The notes beneath the pieces were generated by a model. The model did no database searches. It was not told the origin of the DNA and saw only the letters and a list, made by a program, of their open reading frames with translations. This document shows, one piece after another, positions 18,323 through 27,325 of a stretch of 64,000 nt of DNA. The number at the start of each line of letters is the position of its first letter. Positions within the stretch are counted from its first letter, which is position 1. A program made the position numbers and the translations under genes. The stretch is from Dehalococcoidia bacterium (GTDB taxonomy: Bacteria; Chloroflexota; Dehalococcoidia; UBA2979), in assembly GCA_020845735.1 (NCBI GenBank), contig JADLFF010000058.1, positions 40,368-104,367 on the forward strand, in the 5' to 3' direction.

Positions 18323-18680
18323 CCGAGTGCCTTCCCACGGTCCGGATCAGCGGTACATCTGATCATCGGACCGAACACATCCGACTGACACGTTCCGGGG
18401 CCGACGGCACACGCCACGGCAGCGGACTCCCCCAGAGGATAACGAATCGGGGATGGGCTGGCTAGGCGCCGGTGGCGCGGCCCTCGAGAGGGCGCGGCCC
18501 CTCGAGGCGCCTCGAGAGGCCTCGATGGGACGTATTACGGCCCAGGCGGAGCACCTCCGAGGAGATTTCGAAGAAGATTCTTCGCCGGCCGTCGATCCCT
18601 GTCGATCTCGGCGCGTGCCGTTCGTGTAGGTGGCAGCAGTCCGACAGCGGGTCGGACGCGACCCAGGGAGGAATCGAACG

Positions 18681-19040
18681 ATGACCCAGTACATGCTCTC
18701 CGTGTACGGCAGCGATGCCGATATGGCAGCGGTGACGCCGGAAGTGATGCAGCAGATGTACGCGGACGTGGACGCCGTGAACCAGCGGATCAAGGCCGCG
18801 GGCGCATGGGTCTTCGGGGGTGGGCTGCACCCGAGTTCGGCGTCGACCGTGGTGCGCGAACAGGGCAACGAGGTGGTCACCATCGACGGTCCGTACGTCG
18901 AGACCAAGGAGTACCTCGGTGGGTTCTGGATCATCGAGGCGGCCGACCTCGATGCCGCGCTGGCGTGGGCACGCGAGGCGACCGTCGCCTGCCGTGGCCC
19001 AATCGAGGTGCGGCCGTTCCAGGACGAGCCGGAGGCCTAG
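18681..19040 (+). CDS. YCII-related domain protein
   Basis: MTQYMLSVYG...GGFWIIEAADLDAALAWA matches the YCII/DGPF pattern. ATG is preceded by GGGAGG. Confidence 0.7.
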   Translation: MTQYMLSVYGSDADMAAVTPEVMQQMYADVDAVNQRIKAAGAWVFGGGLHPSSASTVVREQGNEVVTIDGPYVETKEYLGGFWIIEAADLDAALAWAREATVACRGPIEVRPFQDEPEA

Positions 19041-19113
19041 GCGTCGCGCGGACGGCTCGGCACGTCCAGCGACCGCCAGCACGCAGAGACCCCGCAACGA
19101 TGAGGAGGGCGAG

Positions 19114-19524
19114 ATGACACAGGACCACATGATCTTCGTGAACCTGGCCGTGGAGAACGCAGCGGCCACGCGCCGCTTCTTCGAGGGGCTGGGGTTCACG
19201 TTCAACGAGCAGTTCCGCGATGAGCACTCGGAGAGCATGCGGGTGAACGACCAGGCGTTCGCGATGTTCCTGGAGCGGGAGAAGTTCCAGGGCTTCACGA
19301 AGAAGGAGCTGACGAACCCGCGCACACAGGTCGAGGTGCTAGTGGCGCTGTCCTGCCCCAGCCGGGAGGCCGTGGACGCGATGGTCAGCGGCGCGCTGGC
19401 CTCGGGAGGCGGCCCGGCGATGCCCGCGCAGGACTACGGGTTCATGTACTCCTCGAGCTTCGAGGACCTCGATGGGCACGTCTGGGAGGTGATGTGGATG
19501 GACCCGGCGCACGTCCAGAGCTGA
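19114..19524 (+). CDS. VOC (glyoxalase/bleomycin-resistance) family protein
   Basis: IFVNLAVENAAATRRFFEGLGF...DGHVWEV. ATG is preceded by GAGGAGGG. Confidence 0.7.
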   Translation: MTQDHMIFVNLAVENAAATRRFFEGLGFTFNEQFRDEHSESMRVNDQAFAMFLEREKFQGFTKKELTNPRTQVEVLVALSCPSREAVDAMVSGALASGGGPAMPAQDYGFMYSSSFEDLDGHVWEVMWMDPAHVQS

Positions 19525-19584
19525 GGCGCTGAGCTGAAGCACCGAGCCGACGCGGGGCGACCGGGCACTGGGGACGACTCAGCC

Positions 19585-20832
19585 GTGACCGTAACCGCGA
19601 GCGACATCGAGCGCGCGTTCCGAGCCGAATCGGGGCGCGCGGTCGCCTCGCTGATTCGCACCTTCGGGGACGTTGACCTCGCCGAGGAGTCGGTGCAGGA
19701 CGCCTTCGAGATCGCGCTGCGGCGGTGGCCCGAGACCGGACTGCCGCCGAGCGTGCCCGGTTGGATCATCACCACTGCTCGCAACCGGGCGGTCGACTGG
19801 GTCCGTCGCGAGGGGACGCGCGAGCAGCGCCAGCGAGAGGCCGTCCGACTGGCCTCGCAGACCGCGCCATCGAGGTCGGACGAGCAGGAGGAGGACGCGG
19901 TGGACGACGACCGCCTCCGCCTGATGTTCACCTGCTGCCACCCTGCCCTCGCGGCCGAGGCGCAGGTGGCGCTCACGCTTCGCCTCGTGGCCGGCCTGCA
20001 CACCGGGGAGATCGCGCGGGCGTTCCTGACCTCGGAAGCGACGATGGCGCAGCGCCTCGTGCGGGCGAAGCAGAAGATCCGGGCGGCGCGGATCCCCTAC
20101 CGCGTGCCGGAGGAGGCGGAGCTGCCCGGACGGCTGCGCTCCGTCCTGGCCGTGGTCTACCTCGTGTTCAACGAGGGGTACCTCGCGACGAGCGGCGAGG
20201 ACCTCGCACGCGGGGAGCTGTGCGCCGAGGCGATCCGCCTCGCGCGCGTCCTCGACGGGCTGATGCCGAACGAGCCCGAGGTGAAGGGCCTGCTCGCGCT
20301 GCTGCTGCTGGCCGAGGCGCGCCGGCCGGCGCGGGCAGCGCTCGATGGGTCGCTGGTGCGCCTTGCCGACCAGGACCGCGCGCTCTGGAACCGGGCGCTC
20401 ATCGAGGAGGGCCACGACCTCGTGCGGTGGTGCCTGCGCGTGAACCGGCCGGGCGTGTTCCAGCTGCAGGCGGCAATCGCCGCCGTACACACCGACGCGC
20501 CGACGGCCAATGAGACGGACTGGCGCCAGGTCGTCGCGCTGTACGACCAGCTCTACGCCATGCAGCCGACGGCCGTCGTGGCGTTGAATCGCGCCGTCGC
20601 GGTGGGCGAGCGGGACGGGGCAGCCTCGGCGCTGGCGATCGTGGATGGGCTCGCGCTCGAGCGGTACCACCTCTGGCACGCGGCGCGCGGCGACCTCCTC
20701 GAGCGGCTGGGACGCCTGGATGAGGCGCGCGCGGCGTTCGGTGAGGCGGCCTCGCTGGCGACGAACGAGGCCGAGCGTCGCTACCTCGAGATGCGCGTGG
20801 GCGCGCTCGGGCAGGCGGGGCCGACGAGGTGA
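19585..20832 (+). CDS. ECF sigma factor with long C-terminal extension (YCII-associated type)
   Basis: Sigma region 2 and region 4 within the first ~200 aa, then a ~220 aa helical C-terminal domain. GTG start. Sits immediately downstream of the YCII and VOC genes. Confidence 0.7.
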   Translation: MTVTASDIERAFRAESGRAVASLIRTFGDVDLAEESVQDAFEIALRRWPETGLPPSVPGWIITTARNRAVDWVRREGTREQRQREAVRLASQTAPSRSDEQEEDAVDDDRLRLMFTCCHPALAAEAQVALTLRLVAGLHTGEIARAFLTSEATMAQRLVRAKQKIRAARIPYRVPEEAELPGRLRSVLAVVYLVFNEGYLATSGEDLARGELCAEAIRLARVLDGLMPNEPEVKGLLALLLLAEARRPARAALDGSLVRLADQDRALWNRALIEEGHDLVRWCLRVNRPGVFQLQAAIAAVHTDAPTANETDWRQVVALYDQLYAMQPTAVVALNRAVAVGERDGAASALAIVDGLALERYHLWHAARGDLLERLGRLDEARAAFGEAASLATNEAERRYLEMRVGALGQAGPTR

Positions 20833-20839
20833 GCCGGGG

Positions 20840-21580
20840 TCAGGCCAGCGGCACCATCGGCTGCGCGGGTGCGGCCGGGACCGGCGTGGGCTCGAGGCGG
20901 TAGCCCGCCAGCGAGTCGCCGGGGAGCACGCTCGAGGGGAGCGTCGTGACCCGCACGCCGAGCAGGCGCTCGAGCAAGCGGCGGTCGTGCTCGCAGCCCG
21001 CGGAGGCGGCGTGGGTGGTCGGTGGCGGCGCCTCGGTGCGTTCGGTCACGCGCAGACAGGGACAGCCGCGCCCCACGAGGTCGACCGCGCCGTCGCTCCC
21101 CGCCTCGCGGGCCGGGATGACCTCGAAGTCGATGCCTTCCTCGGCAAGGAGGGCGGCAGCGCGCCGGGCGCGGTCCTCAAGGGTGCCGCCGCGGAGTCGC
21201 GAGGCGTACTCGAGGGCGAGCCGGTCAGCCATGCGGTCGAACACCAGGCCAGCGAGCGCGCGGCCGTCGCGCCCCTCGGTCTCCCGAGTGTCGAGGGAGA
21301 GGATCTCGTCGAGCAGCCGGTGGGTGAGGCGGACGTAGTGGTGGGGGAAGAGGTCGGCGCCCGCCTCGGTGAGGAAGAACACGTGCCTCGGGCGGCCGGT
21401 GCGGCCCTTCGACTGCTGGATGGTGACGTGGCCGTCGCGCAGGAGCACATCGAGGTGGCGGCGCACGGTGGCGCCCGCGAGACCCACGTCGGCGGCGAGC
21501 TGGTCGATCGTGGCGCCGTCGGAGCGGCGGAGGATGGCGAGGATGCGCTCGCGGGTGGTTTCGACTCGGGCGTTGGTCAT
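20840..21580 (-). CDS. winged-helix transcriptional regulator with C-terminal Cys cluster, SufR-like
   Basis: N-terminal HTH (ERILAILRRSDGATIDQLAADVGLAGATVRRHLDVL) and C-terminal CPC...C cysteines. Divergent from a cysteine desulfurase gene. Confidence 0.45.
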   Translation of the reverse strand: MTNARVETTRERILAILRRSDGATIDQLAADVGLAGATVRRHLDVLLRDGHVTIQQSKGRTGRPRHVFFLTEAGADLFPHHYVRLTHRLLDEILSLDTRETEGRDGRALAGLVFDRMADRLALEYASRLRGGTLEDRARRAAALLAEEGIDFEVIPAREAGSDGAVDLVGRGCPCLRVTERTEAPPPTTHAASAGCEHDRRLLERLLGVRVTTLPSSVLPGDSLAGYRLEPTPVPAAPAQPMVPLA

Positions 21581-21725
21581 GGGCTGGCGTCGCGTTCCCT
21601 CGGCCTCACGCCGCATCACGTTCATGTCGGTGATTTCAGGTTAGGCGTGCGGCCTCGAGAGGGTCAAGGTTTTGATCGGAGAGTGAGAAAAAGTAAGGCG
21701 CCGGTTCCGAGGGCTACCCTGCCCC

Positions 21726-22145
21726 ATGCGAGCGTGGGCTGTTCTCCTGCTCTGCATGGTGTGGGCCGGTTGCTCGTCGGCGGACCCTTTCACGTCTTCG
21801 CCGGCGCTTCGCGCTGAGTTCCTCGAGCCATCGGGCGGGGAGATCGCCATCTGGAGGGCCAGGAGCGCACCGGCGAGCCTCGACGTGGGCGACTCGATGT
21901 ACTTCAAACTGCTGCACTGCGGCCTCCTGTCACCCATCGACGTGGACGGGAGCCTGTGGGATCCCCGTACGGCACACGACGGAAGCGGCGGCGCGCTGAG
22001 CGACGAGCAGAGCGACGAACTCGTGAACGGCACGCCGGGGACGTTCACGCTGCGCGCGCCGGACCTCGCGGAGTTCCGAACGACCCTCGGCGCGGTGGTG
22101 CAGCTGCATCGCGTGGAGGCACGCGCGTATCGAGGGTGCTCGTGA
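21726..22145 (+). CDS. predicted lipoprotein, unknown function
   Basis: Signal peptide with lipobox WAGC, no recognisable domain. Upstream region is AT-rich. Confidence 0.45.
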   Translation: MRAWAVLLLCMVWAGCSSADPFTSSPALRAEFLEPSGGEIAIWRARSAPASLDVGDSMYFKLLHCGLLSPIDVDGSLWDPRTAHDGSGGALSDEQSDELVNGTPGTFTLRAPDLAEFRTTLGAVVQLHRVEARAYRGCS

Positions 22146-22226
22146 TCGGGTCGGACGGCGCGGCGTGACGGACGCCCTCGGCGGTGAGCGCGCATAGGAT
22201 CGTGGTGCGTGCGAGCGGAGGCGGGC

Positions 22227-23447
22227 ATGACGAGCGACGGACGGGCCCGGGTGTACCTCGATCATGCGGCAACGACGCGGCCGGACGAGCGCGTCATCGA
22301 GGCGATGCTGCCGTACCTCCGTGAGCGCTGGCACAACCCCTCGTCGATCTACATCGAGGCGCAGGCCGCGCGGCGCGCCATCGACGAGGCGCGCGAGACC
22401 GTCGCGGAGCTGCTGGGCGCGCGTCCCGAGGAGATCGTGTTCACCTCGGGGGGGTCAGAGTCCGACAACCTGGCGCTGCGCGGGGTGATGGACGCCTCGA
22501 GGGGGCGCGGGCGGCACCTCGTGACGAGCGCCGTCGAGCACCACGCCGTCCTCGACACCGCCGAGCAGCTGGGCCGCGAGGGCGCCGCGGTCACCCTCGT
22601 GGGGGTGGATGGCGAGGGACGCGTGAGCGCCGAGGCGGTGGCCGCTGCCGTGCGGGACGACACCGTCCTCGTCAGTGTCATGCACGCCAACAACGAGGTG
22701 GGGGCGATCAACGACCTCGCCTCGATCGGCTGGGCCGTCCGCGAGCGGAACCCGCGCGCGGTGGTGCACACCGACGCGGTGCAGAGCGCCGCGCACCTCG
22801 CCCTCGACGTGGACCGCCTCGGCGTGGACCTCCTCACGATGACCGCGCACAAGCTGTACGGGCCTCGAGGAGCGGGCGTGCTGTACGTGCGCACCGGGAC
22901 GCCGCTCGCGCCGCAGATCATCGGCGGTGGGCAGGAGCGCGAACGCCGCGCCGGCACCGAGAACACGGCTGCCATCGTGGGCCTCGCGACGGCCATGCGC
23001 CTCGCGCACGAGGAGCGCGAGACCGACCTCGCACGCGACCGCGCCCTGCAGGCGCGCCTCCTCGAGGAGTTGCCGCGGCGCATCCCGCTGCTCGGGATCA
23101 CCGGGCCGCGTGACGCCTCGCAGCGGCTGCCGGGCAACGTGTCGGTGGTCGTGGGGTTCGTCGAAGGGGAGTCGATCCTGCTGGCGCTGGACCTTGCGGG
23201 CGTGGCTGCCTCGAGCGGGTCGGCGTGCACCACGGGCTCCGTGGAGCCGAGCCACGTGCTCGTGGCGATGGGCGTGCCGCCCGACCTCGCGAGGGGGTCG
23301 CTGCGCCTCACGCTGGGACGTGAGAACAGCGAGGCGGACGTCGAGCGCCTGCTGAGCGTCCTGCCGCCGATCGTGGAGCGGATGCGCGCGCTCTCGCCGG
23401 TACGCGTCGAGGCGCCCCCGGAGTGGGCGCCCTGGCTCGTGAGCTGA
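22227..23447 (+). CDS. cysteine desulfurase (NifS/IscS class I)
   Basis: PLP lysine TMTAHKLYGPRG and active-site loop SSGSACT. Confidence 0.85.
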   Translation: MTSDGRARVYLDHAATTRPDERVIEAMLPYLRERWHNPSSIYIEAQAARRAIDEARETVAELLGARPEEIVFTSGGSESDNLALRGVMDASRGRGRHLVTSAVEHHAVLDTAEQLGREGAAVTLVGVDGEGRVSAEAVAAAVRDDTVLVSVMHANNEVGAINDLASIGWAVRERNPRAVVHTDAVQSAAHLALDVDRLGVDLLTMTAHKLYGPRGAGVLYVRTGTPLAPQIIGGGQERERRAGTENTAAIVGLATAMRLAHEERETDLARDRALQARLLEELPRRIPLLGITGPRDASQRLPGNVSVVVGFVEGESILLALDLAGVAASSGSACTTGSVEPSHVLVAMGVPPDLARGSLRLTLGRENSEADVERLLSVLPPIVERMRALSPVRVEAPPEWAPWLVS

Positions 23448-23553
23448 GGGGGCCCGGGCTCCGGGATCGTGGATTCGTGCCCCTCGATGACGGCTGGCCC
23501 TTCGACAGGCTCAGGGCGAACGGGGGAGAGCGGACTCAGGGCAAACGGGCCTC

Positions 23554-25011
23554 CTAGCGTGCAGGCGCGCAGGCGGAGGCGTCGAGGGTCTGGGACGCTG
23601 AGCCGCGGACCGTGCAGGTGATGCGGGGCTGACCAGCCTCGATGACCGTGACGGTGACCGTCACCGGGTGGTCGGGCGTCGTGTGGAGACAGGAGTCGGG
23701 CGCGGCCGAGTTGTGACTCCAGCGCACCGAGACACCGCTCTGGGTCCATGGCCCTCGAGGCGTCCCGCACGCCTCACCGGCCAGGCGCCACTCGTAGGTG
23801 AGCGCGTCGCCGTCGGGGTCGAAGGCACCGATTGCGTAGGTGGTCACCGGAGTGGCGAGGGAGACCGTGATCACCTCGACGACCGGGGGACGGTTGGTCG
23901 CGGCCGCGGGAGCGGCAGTCGCCGAACCGGTGCCGGGGTCGCCCTGGGCGCTGGCGGGGACACCGACCAGCACGCCGCCCGGCGACTCGGCCGCGGGAGT
24001 CTCCGGGCCGTCGGGTGTGAGGAACGGCAAGGTCCCGAGGAGCAGCAGCCCCACGAGGGGGACGAGCGCGAGCGCGACCAGCTGCCGCTTCGAGAAGCGG
24101 GAGGCGTGCTCGCCGGGCACGAGGATCGCCTTCTGGGACTCCTCGGCGGTGCAGGGGTGCGGATCGCCTGCGGGCCGCCACTCCTCGACCTCCTCGAGCT
24201 CGATGCGCTCGTCCCAGAAGGTGCGGAGGGACGACCAGCCCTCGTTGAGGAGGTCGCCCGCGAGGTTCCGCGCGCCGCCAGACATCCAGACCGCGAAGCC
24301 CGTCGAGAGCTGGAAGACCAGGTAGCCCCAGCCGAGGGCGCCCATGAAGCGAGCGGCACCGCTGGTGACCGCGGCTGCTCGGCTCAGCGTGGCCGCCGAG
24401 GCCGCGGGCGTCCCGGCCGTCCCGAACACGGCCGCGAAATCGCCGGTCGCCGCGGCCGCCGAGGCGGACTCGAAGGCGGCGGCGTTGGCAGCGCTGGCGC
24501 CGAGTGACTGGCTCGCGACCCCGGAGGCGACGGCCGTGCCGTCGATCGCGAAGTCGACGCTGGTGCCGCCGAAGCCGGTGAAGAACTCGTAGTAGGACTC
24601 CTGCGTCTGGTTGATGAGCCAGACCTCGTAGCGCTGGAGCTCCTCGTAGGCGTTCTCGACGAACTTCCTGACGCGGTACTTCTGCTCCATCCAGCAGACG
24701 TTGCCACGTCGCCGCGTGACGAACTCGCCGAGCGGCGTGGCCTCCTCGGAGTAGTGGTCGTACTGAGGACGGCGCTCGGCGCGATAGGTGTTGAACCACC
24801 GCGTCTCGGTCGAGTAGGTGACGGACTTGCCGAACCAGTAGAAGGGGTTGATGTACTTCAGCGTGTCGGCAGTGCCTGTCGAGGCGGACTCGGGGTCGAA
24901 CTCGCTGCCGATTTGCTTCCCGCGGTCGCCGAGCTGGGGGTAGCCGTACTGCAGACTCGGCGCGCCGGGCGCTGGAGGTGGCATGTTGGGGAGCTGGGTC
25001 GGCTTCGGCAT
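23554..25011 (-). CDS. single-pass membrane protein with an aromatic-rich cytoplasmic domain, Ala/Ser-rich linker and PKD/Ig-like extracellular domain; function unknown
   Basis: Pro-rich N-terminus, then a Y/W/F-rich segment (KYINPFYWFGKSVTY...ESYYEFFTGFGG), TM LVALALVPLVGLLLLGTLPFL, then DPDGDALTYEW in a beta-rich C-terminal domain. Start is uncertain (25011 or 24984). The upstream part of this ORF conflicts with the NuoB gene on the opposite strand. Confidence 0.45.
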   Translation of the reverse strand: MPKPTQLPNMPPPAPGAPSLQYGYPQLGDRGKQIGSEFDPESASTGTADTLKYINPFYWFGKSVTYSTETRWFNTYRAERRPQYDHYSEEATPLGEFVTRRRGNVCWMEQKYRVRKFVENAYEELQRYEVWLINQTQESYYEFFTGFGGTSVDFAIDGTAVASGVASQSLGASAANAAAFESASAAAATGDFAAVFGTAGTPAASAATLSRAAAVTSGAARFMGALGWGYLVFQLSTGFAVWMSGGARNLAGDLLNEGWSSLRTFWDERIELEEVEEWRPAGDPHPCTAEESQKAILVPGEHASRFSKRQLVALALVPLVGLLLLGTLPFLTPDGPETPAAESPGGVLVGVPASAQGDPGTGSATAAPAAATNRPPVVEVITVSLATPVTTYAIGAFDPDGDALTYEWRLAGEACGTPRGPWTQSGVSVRWSHNSAAPDSCLHTTPDHPVTVTVTVIEAGQPRITCTVRGSASQTLDASACAPAR

Positions 25012-25261
25012 GGCGGTCTCGCAGTGACTCGATGTCCCGCGGGCAATCCCGCAGGGTTCCCGGGGGCATCCCGGGGGCGCAGCGCCCTCGGAATGACAAT
25101 CGCGATGACACGACCGTACTGACGGACGGGGGCCGCGGGGATCGGGAAGCTCCCGGAATTTGCGGGCCTCGGTGGGCCCGGATAGGATGCGGGGTGCTGC
25201 GAGCGGGACGCTGACCGGAGCGTTCGACGGCCTCGATGCGGCGCGGGCAACGGACGTGGCG

Positions 25262-25981
25262 ATGACGATGACTGACCCCACTGGTGCAAGCCACTCGCAT
25301 GGCCAGCGGTCGATTCCGCTGCTGTACCAGGACCTGAACCCCTCGGCGGCGGCGCTGTCGCTGGAGGAGGAGGTCCAGAAGAACGTCCTTCTGACCTCGG
25401 TGGACGGGCTGCTGAACTGGGCGCGGTCCTCGAGCCTGTGGCCCGCGATGTTCGGGCTGGCGTGTTGCGCCATCGAGATGATCGCCACGGCGACCTCGAG
25501 GTATGACATCGCGCGGTTTGGTTCCGAGGTGTTCCGCGCGTCGCCTCGGCAGGCGGACCTGATGATCGTGGCGGGGACGGTGACCTGGAAGATGGCGCCG
25601 GCGGTGCGCCGCGTGTACCTCCAGATGGCCGAGCCGCGCTGGGTGATCTCGATGGGTGGGTGCGCGATCATGGGCGGCCCGTTCGCGTTCGGGTACTCGG
25701 TGCTGCCGGGCGTGAACCTGATTACCCCCGTGGACGTGTACGTGCCGGGGTGCCCGCCTCGACCTGAGTCGCTCCTCCAGGGGCTGATGCTGCTGCAGGA
25801 CAAGATTCGCCATCACGGCTTGAGCGGAGACCGAGGTCGCCCGGAGCCGGATGGTGATTTCTCTCGTTATCTGCCCGAGGGGGACCCGATCCGGCGCGAG
25901 CTGGAGTCGCTGTTCCCGCCGTACGCGGGCCTCGATGACCCGAACCGCCTGGTCGGGGGGCACCCGCTGGCGCGCCAGTAG
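25262..25981 (+). CDS. NuoB-like [4Fe-4S] protein (NADH-quinone oxidoreductase subunit B / hydrogenase small-subunit family), orphan
   Basis: Diagnostic [19 protein letters not shown] and VPGCPPRPE motifs, plus a ~60-aa C-terminal extension. No other nuo genes within 25 kb. Confidence 0.7.
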   Translation: MTMTDPTGASHSHGQRSIPLLYQDLNPSAAALSLEEEVQKNVLLTSVDGLLNWARSSSLWPAMFGLACCAIEMIATATSRYDIARFGSEVFRASPRQADLMIVAGTVTWKMAPAVRRVYLQMAEPRWVISMGGCAIMGGPFAFGYSVLPGVNLITPVDVYVPGCPPRPESLLQGLMLLQDKIRHHGLSGDRGRPEPDGDFSRYLPEGDPIRRELESLFPPYAGLDDPNRLVGGHPLARQ

Positions 25982-26129
25982 CGGGTAGGGGACGCCTCGA
26001 GGGGTGCGGGCGCGGACCTGCCGGGGCCCGGACGCGGGGCAACGGCCACATTCAGATTCCATGCATCGGTGCCGACCCTCATAGGGACGGCAGGGAATGC
26101 GTCCTCGGACGCGCCGGAGGCATGGACGC

Positions 26130-27017
26130 ATGGTCGCTGCAAGGCGAGCAGAAGAGCAGCCGTTCGACTACCCGTCCCTCGAGGAGCTTGCGGCGCGCGT
26201 CGCGACGCTGCGACCGGTCTCGGGGGTGGCTGTCCGTGTGCTCGCGCTCACCGAGGAGCAGTCGATCTCGGCGAATGAGCTTGCCGATGTGATGTCGGCG
26301 GACCAGGCGCTGTCCGCGAAGATGCTGCGGATGGCGAACTCGGCGTACTACGGGCACGCGAGGCGGATCAGCACCGTCCGAGATGCCGTGGTGCTCCTCG
26401 GCAGCCGCACGGTGCGGTCGGCGGTGCTGGTCTCGACGGTGATGAACCGAGCGAGCCACGACGGGCTCATCGAGCGGTACGACTTCTGGCGGTACTGCGT
26501 CGGGGTGGGGATCATCGCCGGGCCGGCCGCGCAGCGCGTGCGCCTGGACCGGCACCAGGCGTTCACCGCAGGCGTCCTGCACGCGATCGGACTGCTGGCG
26601 CTGGACCAGCAGGCGCCGGACCTCCTCGGTGATGCGCTTTCGCTGGCGCAGGAGGGTGGCATCTCGCTGCGCGAGGCGGAGCTGGCGCTGTTCGGGTACA
26701 CCGACTCAGACCTCGGGAGGCTGCTGGCACGGCAGTGGAACTTCCCGGACGACCTCGTGGAGGCGATCGGTGCGTGGCCGCAGCCGCCGGAGACGCAGCC
26801 GGGCACGCTCGCCGAGGTGTTGCACCACTCGCGAAACCTGGCGGCGGCGTGCGGGTTGCCGGACGGCCTCGAGCATCCGCGCGGATCGGCGGTGCCGACC
26901 GAGGTGCCGGAGATCTGGTTGCAGCCGCCGTGGTCCGCAGCGCTGGGCTCCCTCGGTGGGGTACAGGGGATCATCGAGAAGTCCGACTCCTTCGTCGAGG
27001 CGACGCTCCTCGGATAG
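26130..27017 (+). CDS. HDOD domain signalling protein
   Basis: LPVSGVAVRVLALTEEQSISANELADVMSADQALSAKMLRMANSAYYG matches HDOD. Confidence 0.65.
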   Translation: MVAARRAEEQPFDYPSLEELAARVATLRPVSGVAVRVLALTEEQSISANELADVMSADQALSAKMLRMANSAYYGHARRISTVRDAVVLLGSRTVRSAVLVSTVMNRASHDGLIERYDFWRYCVGVGIIAGPAAQRVRLDRHQAFTAGVLHAIGLLALDQQAPDLLGDALSLAQEGGISLREAELALFGYTDSDLGRLLARQWNFPDDLVEAIGAWPQPPETQPGTLAEVLHHSRNLAAACGLPDGLEHPRGSAVPTEVPEIWLQPPWSAALGSLGGVQGIIEKSDSFVEATLLG

Positions 27018-27099
27018 GGGTGCTGGCGGGGTCGCAACGCCCACCGGGACGCTACCCTTGGCCGGACCCTGCTCGATGTTTCTTTCCGAGGGCGCCACG

Positions 27100-27267
27100 A
27101 TGACGACTCCACCTGCCGAGCCAGCCGCTCCCCCGTGCCAGTGCGGACACGCGCGGGCGGCGCATAAGGACGGGACGGCGAACTGTTCACGCTGTCCGTC
27201 CTCGGGCGTGTGGGTGGACTCGATGGCCGCCTGGGTGTTCCCCTGCGACCAGTACCAGCCTCGATAG
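27100..27267 (+). CDS. possible small Cys-rich protein (55 aa), speculative
   Basis: In-frame ATG at 27100 (alternative 27076) in the HDOD/nhaA spacer. Product contains CQCGH...CSRC...C. No RBS or homology support. Confidence 0.15.
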   Translation: MTTPPAEPAAPPCQCGHARAAHKDGTANCSRCPSSGVWVDSMAAWVFPCDQYQPR

Positions 27268-27325
27268 CCGGGCCGATGGCTGACGAGGCGCGCCTGCGCG
27301 CGACCGTTCCCTCCCGCCTCACACG

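Noticed and set aside
25012-25803. Upstream extension of the 23554..25803 minus-strand ORF (would give a 749-aa protein)
   Set aside because: The extension is antisense to the strongly supported NuoB-like gene (25262..25981), so the membrane protein was started at the internal ATG near 25011.
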